From a bacterium (GTDB taxonomy: Bacteria > UBA8248 > JACPRG01 > G963555815): a stretch of 64,000 nt of DNA. The stretch is taken from NCBI GenBank assembly GCA_965261595.1, contig CBDHDG010000005.1, forward strand, positions 1,024,001-1,088,000. The letters are read 5' to 3'. Each line of letters begins with the position of its first letter. The stretch's first letter is position 1. The notes below the pieces were generated by a model, which was not told where the DNA came from, made no database searches, and worked only from the letters and a program-made list of their open reading frames with translations. Shown one piece after another: positions 1 to 11,034 of this stretch. Both the position numbers and the translations under genes were made by a program.

Positions 1-1
1 G

Positions 2-499
2 GGAATCCTTGCGGGGGTCTGGTCCTGCGCGCCTCCTCCTCCTCCTCATTCGAAACCTCCCTCCGAGATTGCCAATCTGCTCTCGCGCCTGCCGGACGCC
101 CGGTATCGCGCCTCGTTGGTTTGCGCGCGCGCGGGCGGCGCGTCGCATCCCCTGGCCGTCTTCCTCGATCCCCGGGGCGGAGAGAAGCTGTCCGTCCTTG
201 AGTTGTCGGCGATGGAGTTCTTCACCGAAGACCTGGGCGAGCTCGGCCGGAAGGACCTGATCGCCCGGCTCGATGGAATCGAGGGCCGGCGGTTCGGGGG
301 ACAGACGCTTCGATACCTGGAGCGTTTCTCCAAGTGGCGGCTGAGGACCCTCATGCGGTTCGGGGCGCCCATCGGATACCTCATCACCGTAGACCCTCGC
401 CTGCGGTTCGAGCTCCGCGGCGGGACCTCGGGACGGGTCTTCTCGGTGTTTCTGCTTCCCGCCTCGAACTTCGTGGACAAGATCAGGGGGGAGGAGTAG
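2..499 (+). CDS. Hypothetical protein, 5'-truncated by the window edge; possibly a lipoprotein
   Basis: Frame open from base 2 (GILAGVWSCAPPPPPH...) through ORF 116..499; a hydrophobic stretch followed by Cys and a Pro run resembles a lipobox plus linker. Confidence 0.45.
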   Translation, partial: GILAGVWSCAPPPPPHSKPPSEIANLLSRLPDARYRASLVCARAGGASHPLAVFLDPRGGEKLSVLELSAMEFFTEDLGELGRKDLIARLDGIEGRRFGGQTLRYLERFSKWRLRTLMRFGAPIGYLITVDPRLRFELRGGTSGRVFSVFLLPASNFVDKIRGEE

Positions 500-556
500 C
501 CCTCCAATCCCGATTTCCAGTGGGGCCGTGGGCAACCCTGATACCAGTGGCGGGAG

Positions 557-1564
557 GTGACAATGGAAATCGGCATCGGCGGGTTTCCCCAGGAGGCGTT
601 CAGCTGGACGCGGGCGTTGCTCGAAGTTTGCGAGAGAGTCGAGGGTTACGGTTTCGACCGGCTTTGGATGGCCGATTCCCAGGGGATCTGGCCCGACCCT
701 TACACCCTGTTGGGCCGGCTCGCCGGAACGACCTCCGGCATCGGACTGGGCGTCGGCGTCAGCAACCCGAGGACGCGCCACCCGGCGGTTCTCGCGCGCT
801 CGGCCGTGACGGTCGCCGACCTGGCCGGGGAGCGGTTTGTCCTCGGGATTGGCGCGGGGAACACCGCCTTGCTCCACCTGGGCCTTCCGCCGGGGGGCGT
901 CGAGCTTTGCGGAGAAGTCGTCCGGTGCGCGCGCGCCTTGATTCGGGGCGAAGCCGGGACGTTCCACGGCGCGGCGGTCCCGGCGTTCAACGAATACCAG
1001 CCCCTCGACATCCCGGTCTGGATGGCCGGAAACGGCCCGAAGATGCTCGCCCTGGCCGGAGAGGTCGCCGACGGGGCCATCGTCAGCTCGGGGATCTCGC
1101 CGGAGATCTTCGCCTGGGTCCGCGCTCAAATCGAGGTGGGGCTGAAGAGGAGCGGGCGAAGCTGGAGCGGCTTCACGCTCCTGGCCTTTGTCGGCTGCGC
1201 GCTCTCGGACGACCGCCCCGGGACCCGGCGCGACATCCGGTCTTGGGTCGCCCGCCGCCTGTCCATGCCGCTGCCCGAGGAGGTCTTCGGCATCCCCAAG
1301 GCCGACCGCCTGCGCGCGCTCGAGAGCTACCAGTACACGCAGCATTACCGGGTGGGCGCCTCGCATGAAGGGGTGGTGGAATCCATCCCCGACGAGTGGA
1401 TCGACCGGTTCGGCATCGCCGGAACGCCGGAAGAGTGCGCCGAGCGGTTCTCTTCCCTGGCGGCCCTCGGCGCGGACGCCGTCTTCATCCTCCCCATCAC
1501 GGGCGATTCGCACGCGTATCTGAAAACCTTCGCCGAGGAGGTCCTGCCTCACGTGAAACGGTGA
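557..1564 (+). CDS. LLM-class flavin/F420-dependent oxidoreductase (luciferase-like, Mer-like)
   Basis: Motifs GFDRLWMADS, DPY, GVGVSNPRTRHPAV, RFVLGIGAG, PVWMAGNGPKMLALAGEVADG, IAGTPEEC, FAEEVLP; GGAGG RBS upstream. Confidence 0.9.
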   Translation: MTMEIGIGGFPQEAFSWTRALLEVCERVEGYGFDRLWMADSQGIWPDPYTLLGRLAGTTSGIGLGVGVSNPRTRHPAVLARSAVTVADLAGERFVLGIGAGNTALLHLGLPPGGVELCGEVVRCARALIRGEAGTFHGAAVPAFNEYQPLDIPVWMAGNGPKMLALAGEVADGAIVSSGISPEIFAWVRAQIEVGLKRSGRSWSGFTLLAFVGCALSDDRPGTRRDIRSWVARRLSMPLPEEVFGIPKADRLRALESYQYTQHYRVGASHEGVVESIPDEWIDRFGIAGTPEECAERFSSLAALGADAVFILPITGDSHAYLKTFAEEVLPHVKR

Positions 1565-1586
1565 GCCGCGTGGATCATCCACGCGA

Positions 1587-1913
1587 GCGTGGACGGGACG
1601 GGCCGGAACCCCCTGCCTTCGCAGAGGGCAGGCTTGGACCGGCCCTACGTCTCAAAGCGAAGTGTGTTTGGTAGGGTGTCTGTCCGTGCCAGCACCCAGT
1701 GGGTCGGGATCCTGAAAAACCGCCGCATCAACAGACGGACGCCCCGTCATAGGAACCCGCCTATCGAAGGAAGCGTAGGGGCCGGACGGTGCCACCGCCT
1801 CGGTGGTCCCCGTCCCGGCCCGTCACACGCCCTTGGGGAACAGGGTCCCGGGACTTGGTCAGCACCCGTCCGTTGGGTCAATGATTGAAAGCCAACCGGT
1901 TCAATCGACCTAC
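1587..1913. repeat. Cluster of four GTAG-footed REP-like hairpins
   Basis: GTAG followed by a hairpin at 1671 (+) and 1775 (+), and on the minus strand from 1648 and 1913. The 1648(-) and 1775(+) copies share GTAGGG(G)CCGG...CCGGCCCGTC. Confidence 0.6.
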
Positions 1914-2403
1914 CCCGTTCGGGCGTTTAAATTGGTGGGAAACCCAGGTGGTAACTATACCCTTAAAGCACGTATGGTGATCTGGCCGGTCAGGTGCTAT
2001 ATTGGGGGGCATGAAACGGGCCGCCACCAAGAAGCCGCCGTTACCGGAGAAGAAGAAATACCCGTCCTACGAGGATGGGAGAGTGCGGGACGAGGAGATT
2101 AAAAATCTCCAGGCGAAAAGAGGTGTGTCTAAAGAAGAGTTTTTCCAATTATCGAGAGGTGTCTCCGCGAAGAGAGTCGAAACGCTCGATTAGTTTCGTG
2201 GGTCGCACCCTCAGTACGCTATCCTTTTTAACTATCCTTGCCCTTCCAATTGGGTTCATTTGAAGTGAGAAAGTCGCTCCTTTTGGTTCTGATTGCAGAT
2301 CCAATAGTTGGTCTCTGGCTTCGATGATTGCGCATGCCTTTTCAAATTGAGGCCTCGTGGACCGCCCCTGGGTTATTGGACATTCGGGTGAGGGTATTCG
2401 CCC

Positions 2404-3321
2404 TCATGCGGCCTCCGCAACTTGAGCGAGTTTTTCCTGCCTTGCCTGGGCCGGCGTTCGGTAGCCGTAGCCCTCGAGAATCCAATGATGGTTGTACAGG
2501 TTCTTGAACTCAAGCAGCGCCCACCGCAGTTCCTCTACGGTGGCGAAAGAGCGCACCCACAGGAGATTCTCCTTCAAGATGCGGATGAACCACTCACAGT
2601 AGCCATTTCCCTCGGGTGCCCGCACGAAGCTGGGCGAACTGGTCATGCCCAGGTAGGCGATCTCCCGCTGAAAGTCATCGGACAGATAGGCGGGGCCGTG
2701 GTCGTGACGAACTTTAAGCCCCTCGGCGACGTCCGCCTCCAAGCCGGCGAAGCGCTCGGCGACCCCCTGCCGGATCGGCTCCAGGGCCTCGAAGCGGTTG
2801 CCGCTCTTGGCCGCATGGATCCCCACGCAGTCCACCGAGCAGTGATCCACCGCCACGAACACCGAGGCCATCCCCTCCTCGGTGGTCACCGTCGTCGTCA
2901 TGTGCGTGCCCCACATTCGGTCGGGCCGCTCGGTGCGGATGGTCCCGTTGTGGGCCTTGGGACCTCGGGGTTTGCCCACCCGGTGGGGGGCCTGAAGCCC
3001 CGCCTCCCGCATCAGGCGACGCACCCGCTCCTTGCTGGTGCGGATGCCCGCGAAGCGCAGCCTCGCCCACACCTTGCGGTAGCCCTCGCCATGGAAGGGA
3101 GAGTCCTCCAGGACCTGCCGGATGTGGCCGAGGAGTTCCGCATCGGTGCACGGGCCCACAGGGCCGCGCTTATTGGGCGTGGGGCGTTCATGAACGGGGA
3201 CCGCCTCTCGCCGCCGTTGCGCGTAGACCGTGGAGCGCGCCAAGCCCCAAAGGGCGCACACCCGCTTCAGGCCGTAGGCTCTGCCCGTGGAGGTGAAGCG
3301 GGCCTGACTCATCGCCTCCAC
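2404..3321 (-). CDS. IS3-family transposase OrfB (rve/DDE), first catalytic Asp replaced by His
   Basis: GYRKVWARL, WGTHMT (D>H), RHDHGPAY, NGYCEWFIRILKE, YN..W..GY.TPAQ. Confidence 0.88.
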   Translation of the reverse strand: MEAMSQARFTSTGRAYGLKRVCALWGLARSTVYAQRRREAVPVHERPTPNKRGPVGPCTDAELLGHIRQVLEDSPFHGEGYRKVWARLRFAGIRTSKERVRRLMREAGLQAPHRVGKPRGPKAHNGTIRTERPDRMWGTHMTTTVTTEEGMASVFVAVDHCSVDCVGIHAAKSGNRFEALEPIRQGVAERFAGLEADVAEGLKVRHDHGPAYLSDDFQREIAYLGMTSSPSFVRAPEGNGYCEWFIRILKENLLWVRSFATVEELRWALLEFKNLYNHHWILEGYGYRTPAQARQEKLAQVAEAA

Positions 3322-3722
3322 CTCCTGCCGGCTAAAGGGCGGCCGGCCTCCAGGCGGTCGATCTTCTCCCGCAGGACCTCGCCCTCCATCGTGAGTTCGC
3401 CCACCTTGGCCTTGAGCCGGGCGTTCTCCTCGTCCCGCTCATCCGCCGGGCGGGCTTTGAGCGCCGCCTCGCCCCCGCGAAGGAACGCCTCGCGCCAGGC
3501 GGAAAGCCGAGCCGCTGTCGTGCCCAACTCGCGGCAGAGCGTCTCCAGGCTCTCGCCCCGCAAAAGACGCAGGACCGCCTCCCGCTTGCGCTGGCAGGAG
3601 AACCGACCCCGCTCACTGCGATGCCCTGGGGCCTTGGCTCCGTTCGCCCTACGGGCGCCCTCCGCCAAAGCCCCCTCTTGCTTTTGTTCGTTCATCGCGA
3701 CACCCCTTTCTCCATGAATCAT
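3309..3722 (-). CDS. IS3-family OrfA (HTH + coiled coil)
   Basis: RFSCQRKREAVLRLLRGESLETLCRELG...LKAKVGELTME; stop overlaps an orfB ATG (ATGA). Confidence 0.85.
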   Translation of the reverse strand: MIHGERGVAMNEQKQEGALAEGARRANGAKAPGHRSERGRFSCQRKREAVLRLLRGESLETLCRELGTTAARLSAWREAFLRGGEAALKARPADERDEENARLKAKVGELTMEGEVLREKIDRLEAGRPLAGRRWRR

Positions 3723-3851
3723 GGATCAATCGAGTGTCCAACAAAACCCTAGAGCGGGGGACTCGTGTGTAATCTCCCAGATATTATTACATGCGTTACT
3801 TTGTGCCTTTTGCAGACAAATGAAAGCGCATGGTCTGCCGAAATAACAATC

Positions 3852-5282
3852 TGAGTCAATGCCATTCTTAGTTGAAATTCCGGAGTGACCCCTGGGTGCA
3901 TGTTAGGCCACCTCGCGCTCGTCGCTGTCAGCCCGAAGGCCGAGCGTAGAGCGGATGGCGGCCCTCAAGACCGGCAGATGCCGGCAGCCCTGGATCCGGT
4001 TCAGCCGAGGCTCGATGTCGAGGAGCGCCGTGGCCACCCAGCGCTGCCTCTGGTCGCTGTTGCGCCAGTGGTCCACCCTGTCCGTTCGCTGAGCAATGAG
4101 CGACATGATCGACTCCAAGCAGTTCGTCGTCTTCAGGCTTCTCCCCAAGATGGGACAAGACCCCCAGGCGATGGAGCGTCAAGGTCTCCTCCAGGCCTTC
4201 GTCCAGGCTCTTCACCGCCGAGCGGTTGAGCAGCTCAAGCTCTTTGCGAAGCCTCCCGAGCGCCCCCTTGGCCCCCTCGCAAGTGGGCTCATCATAAGCC
4301 GCCTGGAGTTTCCGCCCGATGCGCCCCTGCCGGCCCTTGGGCAGGTGGCTGAGCACGCCCTCGCGCTTATGCCACTGGCAGCGCTGCACCACCGCGTGTG
4401 CCTCAAAAACCCGCCGGATCGCCGCCCGAAGGCCCTTGGAGCCGTCGATCACACAGAGCAGACCTGCCTCAGAGCGCAGCCCCCGCTCCACCAACTCCCG
4501 CAAAAACGCCGTCAACGCCCGCTCGGTCCCGGTCTGAACAAACCCCAACACCACCTTTTCGCCCTGAACCGTGATGCCCAGGGCAATCACCATGAGGTCG
4601 TCCTCAAAGCGCTTGCCGTCCAGGACCAGGCCCACGAAGTCATACCCTTGCAGGGGGGGCGCTCGCAGAGCTCTTTGAGCTTGCGGGCGCTGGCCCGGAT
4701 GAAGCGGCGCGAGACCGTCGAGGGGGAAAGCCCAAAGGCCTCGGGCGCCGCCTCGGCGCATCCCTCATAGTCCCGACAACTCAGCCCCTTCAGCACCCGG
4801 CGGAACAGTCCGGCATCGGCCCCGCGCGGCCTCTGCAAGCGCGTGTACGTCTCCAGCGGCGCCTCCTGGCCGGTGAGGCGATTTCTGACCCGAGGAACCT
4901 GGATGGGCAGCTTCTGATCGGCCAAATACACCGAGCCTCGCTGACGGCCCCACCGCACGTGACCGGCCAAGCCGTCCCCACGACGGTAGCGCGCCCCCGC
5001 CAAGCGTGCCACGTCCGCCTTCAGACAATCCCCCACCGCCATCAACCCCAAAGGGATCAACGCCTGGAGAGACTCGACCAACGTGTCCACCGGAGCATGT
5101 AGCGCAAAATCCGCCAACGTGACCCGCTTCGGCTCTTCACCCTTGACCTGCCCCTTCCCTCGTCGCACCGTGTTCATGGAGCGTCTCCTTTCCTTCGGTG
5201 GGTGGATGTGCATCTCACACAACCCAACTCCACCACGGGGGGGGCGCTCCGTCAGTTTTCAACTAAGTTTGGCATACCCTCA
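3852..5282 (-). mobile_element. IS256-family element with frameshifted transposase
   Basis: Imperfect IRs GAGtcaATGCCAttCTTAGTTGAAA / GAGggtATGCCAaaCTTAGTTGAAA; 8-bp TSD TAACAATC; transposase motifs (VPRVR, LDGKRF, VIDGSKGL, QRCQWHK, TTNCLES) spread over three frames (4587..5222, 3928..4761, 3903..4148). Confidence 0.88.
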
Positions 5283-5474
5283 TAACAATCCAATCATCTG
5301 ACGCAATTTTCTTTACCCAATTCTCATCATCAACCCCTCCCGCCTTAAAATCCTCAACAAGATGGGCGACCGTAGGGGTGTTTGTCTTTATTAGAGAAAA
5401 CAAATCCCTTATTACAAAATAAACCTTTTTCCCTATATTTTCGTCCAATAATAACTTTGCATGGTCAGCTCCAT

Positions 5475-7251
5475 TCACGCTGCCGCTCTTCCTGGATAAA
5501 GATAATCAAAGTATCGGCAAGCGATATCAACCTCACTTCTCCCCAGCTCTAGGGTTTTGTTGGACACTCGATTGATCCATGATTCATGGAGAAAGAGGTG
5601 TCGCGATGAACGAACAAAAGCAAGAGGGGGCTTTGGCGGAGGGCGCCCGTAGGGCGAACGGAGCCAAGGCCCCAGGGCATCGCAGTGAGCGGGGTCGGTT
5701 CTCCTGCCAGCGCAAGCGGGAGGCGGTCCTGCGTCTTTTGCGGGGCGAGAGCCTGGAGACGCTCTGCCGCGAGTTGGGCACGACAGCGGCTCGGCTTTCC
5801 GCCTGGCGCGAGGCGTTCCTTCGCGGGGGCGAGGCGGCGCTCAAAGCCCGCCCGGCGGATGAGCGGGACGAGGAGAACGCCCGGCTCAAGGCCAAGGTGG
5901 GCGAACTCACGATGGAGGGCGAGGTCCTGCGGGAGAAGATCGACCGCCTGGAGGCCGGCCGCCCTTTAGCCGGCAGGAGGTGGAGGCGATGAGTCAGGCC
6001 CGCTTCACCTCCACGGGTAGAGCCTACGGCCTGAAGCGGGTGTGCGCCCTTTGGGGCTTGGCGCGCTCCACGGTCTACGCGCAACGGCGGCGAGAGGCGG
6101 TCCCCGTTCATGAACGCCCCACGCCCAATAAGCGCGGCCCTGTGGGCCCGTGCACCGATGCGGAACTCCTCGGCCACATCCGGCAGGTCCTGGAGGACTC
6201 TCCCTTCCATGGCGAGGGCTACCGCAAGGTGTGGGCGAGGCTGCGCTTCGCGGGCATCCGCACCAGCAAGGAGCGGGTGCGTCGCCTGATGCGGGAGGCG
6301 GGGCTTCAGGCCCCCCACCGGGTGGGCAAACCCCGAGGTCCCAAGGCCCACAACGGGACCATCCGCACCGAGCGGCCCGACCGAATGTGGGGCACGCACA
6401 TGACGACGACGGTGACCACCGAGGAGGGGATGGCCTCGGTGTTCGTGGCGGTGGATCACTGCTCGGTGGACTGCGTGGGGATCCATGCGGCCAAGAGCGG
6501 CAACCGCTTCGAGGCCCTGGAGCCGATCCGGCAGGGGGTCGCCGAGCGCTTCGCCGGCTTGGAGGCGGACGTCGCCGAGGGGCTTAAAGTTCGTCACGAC
6601 CACGGCCCCGCCTATCTGTCCGATGACTTTCAGCGGGAGATCGCCTACCTGGGCATGACCAGTTCGCCCAGCTTCGTGCGGGCGCCCGAGGGAAATGGCT
6701 ACTGTGAGTGGTTCATCCGCATCTTGAAGGAGAATCTCCTGTGGGTGCGCTCTTTCGCCACCGTAGAGGAACTGCGGTGGGCGCTGCTTGAGTTCAAGAA
6801 CCTGTACAACCATCATTGGATTCTCGAGGGCTACGGCTACCGAACGCCGGCCCAGGCAAGGCAGGAAAAACTCGCTCAAGTTGCGGAGGCCGCATGAGGT
6901 CGAATACCCTCACCCGAGTGTCCAATAACCCAGGGGCGGTCCACTTCGATCAACGCCATAGACATCTGCTGCTTCCTCAATCCCCTTTTCTGTAAGGCTG
7001 GCTTCGTAAAGGGTTTTCGCAGATATACCGCACGATTCAACGAGAGGTTCTCCGAAACGCCTTTGCGGGTTCATTAGAACGCGCTTGATTACAGGTGTGC
7101 CATTATCTTCGTAAAGGTATTTGAATGCCTCAAAATGATGAAGCTCGTCATTTGGTCCGTAGTAAAGGTTTTCAACATAGAGTTCTAGGATCTTAGCAAA
7201 TCCAGCCTGACCCCATCCCGGCGTGTTGACTTGTGTATATATATCATGATC
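5475..7251 (-). pseudogene. DUF433-domain (VapB45-like) antitoxin, interrupted by IS3 copy 2 and 5'-truncated by IS1380
   Basis: ...VLMNPQRRFGEPLVESCGISAKTLYEASLTEKGIEEAADVYGVDR, rejoined in frame to SEVDIACRYFDYLYPGRAAA*; its TGA overlaps the GTG start of the PIN gene. Confidence 0.75.
5540..6943 (+). mobile_element. IS3-family insertion sequence, copy 2
   Basis: Near-identical to copy 1 in opposite orientation; TSD CTTC (5536-5539, 6944-6947); orfA 5579..5992, orfB 5980..6897 (WGTHMT). Confidence 0.92.
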
Positions 7252-8919
7252 CCCGCATTTCCCATATGGATCATAAGTTTTGTCGGACCGAATGCCGTTT
7301 TCTCGTGTAAGATCAAGGTGTTGGCCTCCCCCTGCCATCATCTTGCGAGGGGACCCAATGGGTGAAGCGAAGAAGGGGTCTTTGAAGATCCGTTTTGACC
7401 GTCGGCTGAGGCTTGAGTTTCACGGAACCAGAATCACTTCGGATGCGGGATTGCTGGCCTGCCGGGAGCTGGATGATGCGCTGGGTTTGACGGTGAGAGC
7501 GCCAGTGCAATTGCAAGAGATCCGTCATGGCCGGAACATCCAGCATGAGTTGGCGCCGCTATTGCGCCAGTCGGTCTATAGCCGCTTGGCAGGGTATGAA
7601 GACACCAACGATGCCGAGCGGTTGGCCCAGGACCCCGCGATGCAAGCCGTGGTCGGCCGCCGAGCGCTTGAGAAGCAGGCGGCGGGCGCCAACACCCTGA
7701 GCCGGTTCGAGACCGAGGTTCTCACCAGGGAGGAGAATCTCAAGGGGCCGGAGCGAGCTGAACCGGGAGTGGGTGGACCGGGCCATGGCACACTCACCCC
7801 ATCAGCGAATCATCCTGGACATGGACAGCTCGGAAAGCCCCGTCCATGGGGAGCAGGAAGGTACGGCCTACAACGGCCACTTTCGTTGCACCTGTTATCA
7901 CCCTCTTTTTTGCTTTAACCAGTTCGGGGACTGCGAAGGGGCGATGTTGCGCCCCGGCAACGTGCACAGCGCCGATGGCTGGCGCGAGTTGCTTTCGCCC
8001 ATCGCGGCCCGGTATGAGTGGGCGGGTGTTCGCCGTTACTTCCGAGCCGATGCCGCCTTTGCGCGCCCGGAGGTCTATGAGTACCTGGAAGCGCACAGCT
8101 TCCTTTACGCCATCCGCCTTCCCGCCAACGACGTGGTGCAGCGAGAGATCGACTTCCTCCTCACCCGCCCGGTCGGTCGCCCGCCCAAGAGACCCATCAT
8201 CTTCTATTACGACTTCCGGTATCAGGCTGGAAGCTGGGACCGTTCCCGGCGGGTCGTGGCGAAGGTGGAATGGCACTCAGGCGAACTCTTCCCTCGCGTC
8301 GGATTCATTGTCACGAACCTGACGGCTCGACCCGAGGGGGTCGTGCACTTCTACAACCAGCGAGGCACAGCCGAGCAATGGATCAAGGAAGGCAAGTACG
8401 CCATGAACTGGACACGCCTTTCCTGTCACCGGTTCGTGTGCAACCAGGTGCGGCTCCTTCTCTTCGTCCTGGCGTACAACCTGGGCAATTTCCTGCGCAG
8501 GCTAGCCTTGCCCAGGGGGCTCAAGCACTGGTCGCTGCGAAGCCTCCAGGTCAAGCTCATCAAAATGGGCGGGAGGATTGTGCGGCACGCCCGGCAGATC
8601 ATCTTTCAATTGGCCGAAGTAGCGGTATCCAGGGAAGAGTTCGCCATCATCCTGGACCGAATCAACCGATTACGGCCGGTGCCGGTCTAACCTTGTGCAG
8701 AGGGTTCCCGGCAGCATGAGGTGATTGGTTAACGGGTTGAACCGCGAACAAAGGGGACCGAAGGGCGAGGGTCCGCCTTTTGGGGCAGTCGATGGCCGTC
8801 AGCACCTTGTTGCGGAGGGTTGGAAGGCTCTTGACAAACCCATCGGAAGGGGATCAACTGGCTTTCATCGGGAAAGGGGACCGGAAACCACCCAAGCAAG
8901 TTGATATGGGAAATTCCGG
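7252..8919 (+). mobile_element. IS1380-family element, copy A (1668 bp), frameshifted transposase
   Basis: IRs CCCGCATTTCCCATAT / ATATGGGAAATTCCGG; motifs ITSDAGLL, GYEDTND, ILDMDSS, FRADAAF, YNQRGTAEQWIKEGK; split into ORFs 7280..7918 and 7773..8690. Confidence 0.9.
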
Positions 8920-9275
8920 TTTAAATGAGCCATCATCCCACGGATACACGCCTATTCCATTTCCGAATAGACCAAGACGTCTCATCCTGTCATTTGAATC
9001 AAGTTTCCGTAGCTTTTCGACATATTTCTCGTTGGATGCCGATAGGTTCTGATTTTGCGCAAGCATAAGGATTTGATTCCAATTCCGAGGAATATAGGGA
9101 ATGTATGCTTCTTCGATAACGACCTTTGGGGCGATCGCATAGGTATCGCATTTGTTGCAAAGCCTAAGTAAGTCTTTTTTCATAATCTGCTCCTTGAAAC
9201 GTTTTGGGAAGCTGAAGTTTGTGCCCTCGATAGTATAACCGGCATGACTTGTGGATCAATTATCGGAGGCTATGT
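8920..9275 (-). pseudogene. Low-GC gene fragment trapped between the two IS1380 copies
   Basis: Open frame ...HAGYTIEGTNFSF...MKKDLLRLCNK...VVIEE...NW...; weak resemblance to HipA-family C-termini, not verified. Confidence 0.3.
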
Positions 9276-10943
9276 CCGGAATTTCCCATATCAACTTGCT
9301 TGGGTGGTTTCCGGTCCCCTTTCCCGATGAAAGCCAGTTGATCCCCTTCCGATGGGTTTGTCAAGAGCCTTCCAACCCTCCGCAACAAGGTGCTGACGGC
9401 CATCGACTGCCCCAAAAGGCGGACCCTCGCCCTTCGGTCCCCTTTGTTCGCGGTTCAACCCGTTAACCAATCACCTCATGCTGCCGGGAACCCTCTGCAC
9501 AAGGTTAGACCGGCACCGGCCGTAATCGGTTGATTCGGTCCAGGATGATGGCGAACTCTTCCCTGGATACCGCTACTTCGGCCAATTGAAAGATGATCTG
9601 CCGGGCGTGCCGCACAATCCTCCCGCCCATTTTGATGAGCTTGACCTGGAGGCTTCGCAGCGACCAGTGCTTGAGCCCCCTGGGCAAGGCTAGCCTGCGC
9701 AGGAAATTGCCCAGGTTGTACGCCAGGACGAAGAGAAGGAGCCGCACCTGGTTGCACACGAACCGGTGACAGGAAAGGCGTGTCCAGTTCATGGCGTACT
9801 TGCCTTCCTTGATCCATTGCTCGGCTGTGCCTCGCTGGTTGTAGAAGTGCACGACCCCCTCGGGTCGAGCCGTCAGGTTCGTGACAATGAATCCGACGCG
9901 AGGGAAGAGTTCGCCTGAGTGCCATTCCACCTTCGCCACGACCCGCCGGGAACGGTCCCAGCTTCCAGCCTGATACCGGAAGTCGTAATAGAAGATGATG
10001 GGTCTCTTGGGCGGGCGACCGACCGGGCGGGTGAGGAGGAAGTCGATCTCTCGCTGCACCACGTCGTTGGCGGGAAGGCGGATGGCGTAAAGGAAGCTGT
10101 GCGCTTCCAGGTACTCATAGACCTCCGGGCGCGCAAAGGCGGCATCGGCTCGGAAGTAACGGCGAACACCCGCCCGCTCATACCGGGCCGCGATGGGCGA
10201 AAGCAACTCGCGCCAGCCATCGGCGCTGTGCACGTTGCCGGGGCGCAACATCGCCCCTTCGCAGTCCCCGAACTGGTTAAAGCAAAAAAGAGGGTGATAA
10301 CAGGTGCAACGAAAGTGGCCGTTGTAGGCCGTACCTTCCTGCTCCCCATGGACGGGGCTTTCCGAGCTGTCCATGTCCAGGATGATTCGCTGATGGGGTG
10401 AGTGTGCCATGGCCCGGTCCACCCACTCCCGGTTCAGCTCGCTCCGGCCCCTTGAGATTCTCCTCCCTGGTGAGAACCTCGGTCTCGAACCGGCTCAGGG
10501 TGTTGGCGCCCGCCGCCTGCTTCTCAAGCGCTCGGCGGCCGACCACGGCTTGCATCGCGGGGTCCTGGGCCAACCGCTCGGCATCGTTGGTGTCTTCATA
10601 CCCTGCCAAGCGGCTATAGACCGACTGGCGCAATAGCGGCGCCAACTCATGCTGGATGTTCCGGCCATGACGGATCTCTTGCAATTGCACTGGCGCTCTC
10701 ACCGTCAAACCCAGCGCATCATCCAGCTCCCGGCAGGCCAGCAATCCCGCATCCGAAGTGATTCTGGTTCCGTGAAACTCAAGCCTCAGCCGACGGTCAA
10801 AACGGATCTTCAAAGACCCCTTCTTCGCTTCACCCATTGGGTCCCCTCGCAAGATGATGGCAGGGGGAGGCCAACACCTTGATCTTACACGAGAAAACGG
10901 CATTCGGTCCGACAAAACTTATGATCCATATGGGAAATGCGGG
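9276..10943 (-). mobile_element. IS1380-family element, copy B, inverted relative to copy A
   Basis: Near-identical to 7252..8919 with the same frameshift; one visible substitution (YEW vs YER). Confidence 0.9.
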
Positions 10944-11034
10944 CTTAAGAGTCTGGTGCGCCGACGGTGTCCACACCGCTCCCGGAGTGGTTGACGATTG
11001 TTTTTGCACAACATCCAACCTTTCAAGAGAACGA

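Larger units (their letters stand above)
2358..3761 (-). mobile_element. IS3-family insertion sequence, copy 1 (1404 bp; IS2-like ends)
   Basis: Ends TGGACCGCCCCTGGGTT... and ...CCCTAGAGCGGGGGA; 4-bp TSD CTCG (2354-2357, 3762-3765); orfA 3309..3722 and DDE orfB 2404..3321. Confidence 0.92.
2149..5478 (-). pseudogene. PIN-like (VapC45/DUF5615-type) toxin gene split into three pieces by IS256 and an IS3-family element
   Basis: Joining 5478-5283, 3851-3762 and 2357-2149 after removing the ISs and TSDs gives one frame: MNGADHAKLLLDENIG...DDENWVKKIASDDWIVISADHALSFVCKRHKVTHVII...RPQFEKACAIIEARDQL...DTSR*. LLDEN and WIVISAD are PIN-like motifs. Confidence 0.75.

Noticed and set aside
1639..1785. 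6S RNA- or SRP-like rod structure
   Set aside because: The pairing is explained by inverted GTAG-REP copies, and the SRP loop motif is incomplete. Not excluded without cmscan.
2002..2193. 63-aa ORF
   Set aside because: No recognisable motif, and it overlaps the 3' end of the reconstructed PIN gene on the opposite strand; cannot be supported.
2422..3717. 431-aa antisense ORFs in the IS3 copies (also 5584, 12008, 16410)
   Set aside because: Shadow frames of GC-rich transposase genes.
2358..6943. Composite transposon formed by inverted IS3 copies 1 and 2
   Set aside because: Each copy has its own TSD, so they are independent insertions.
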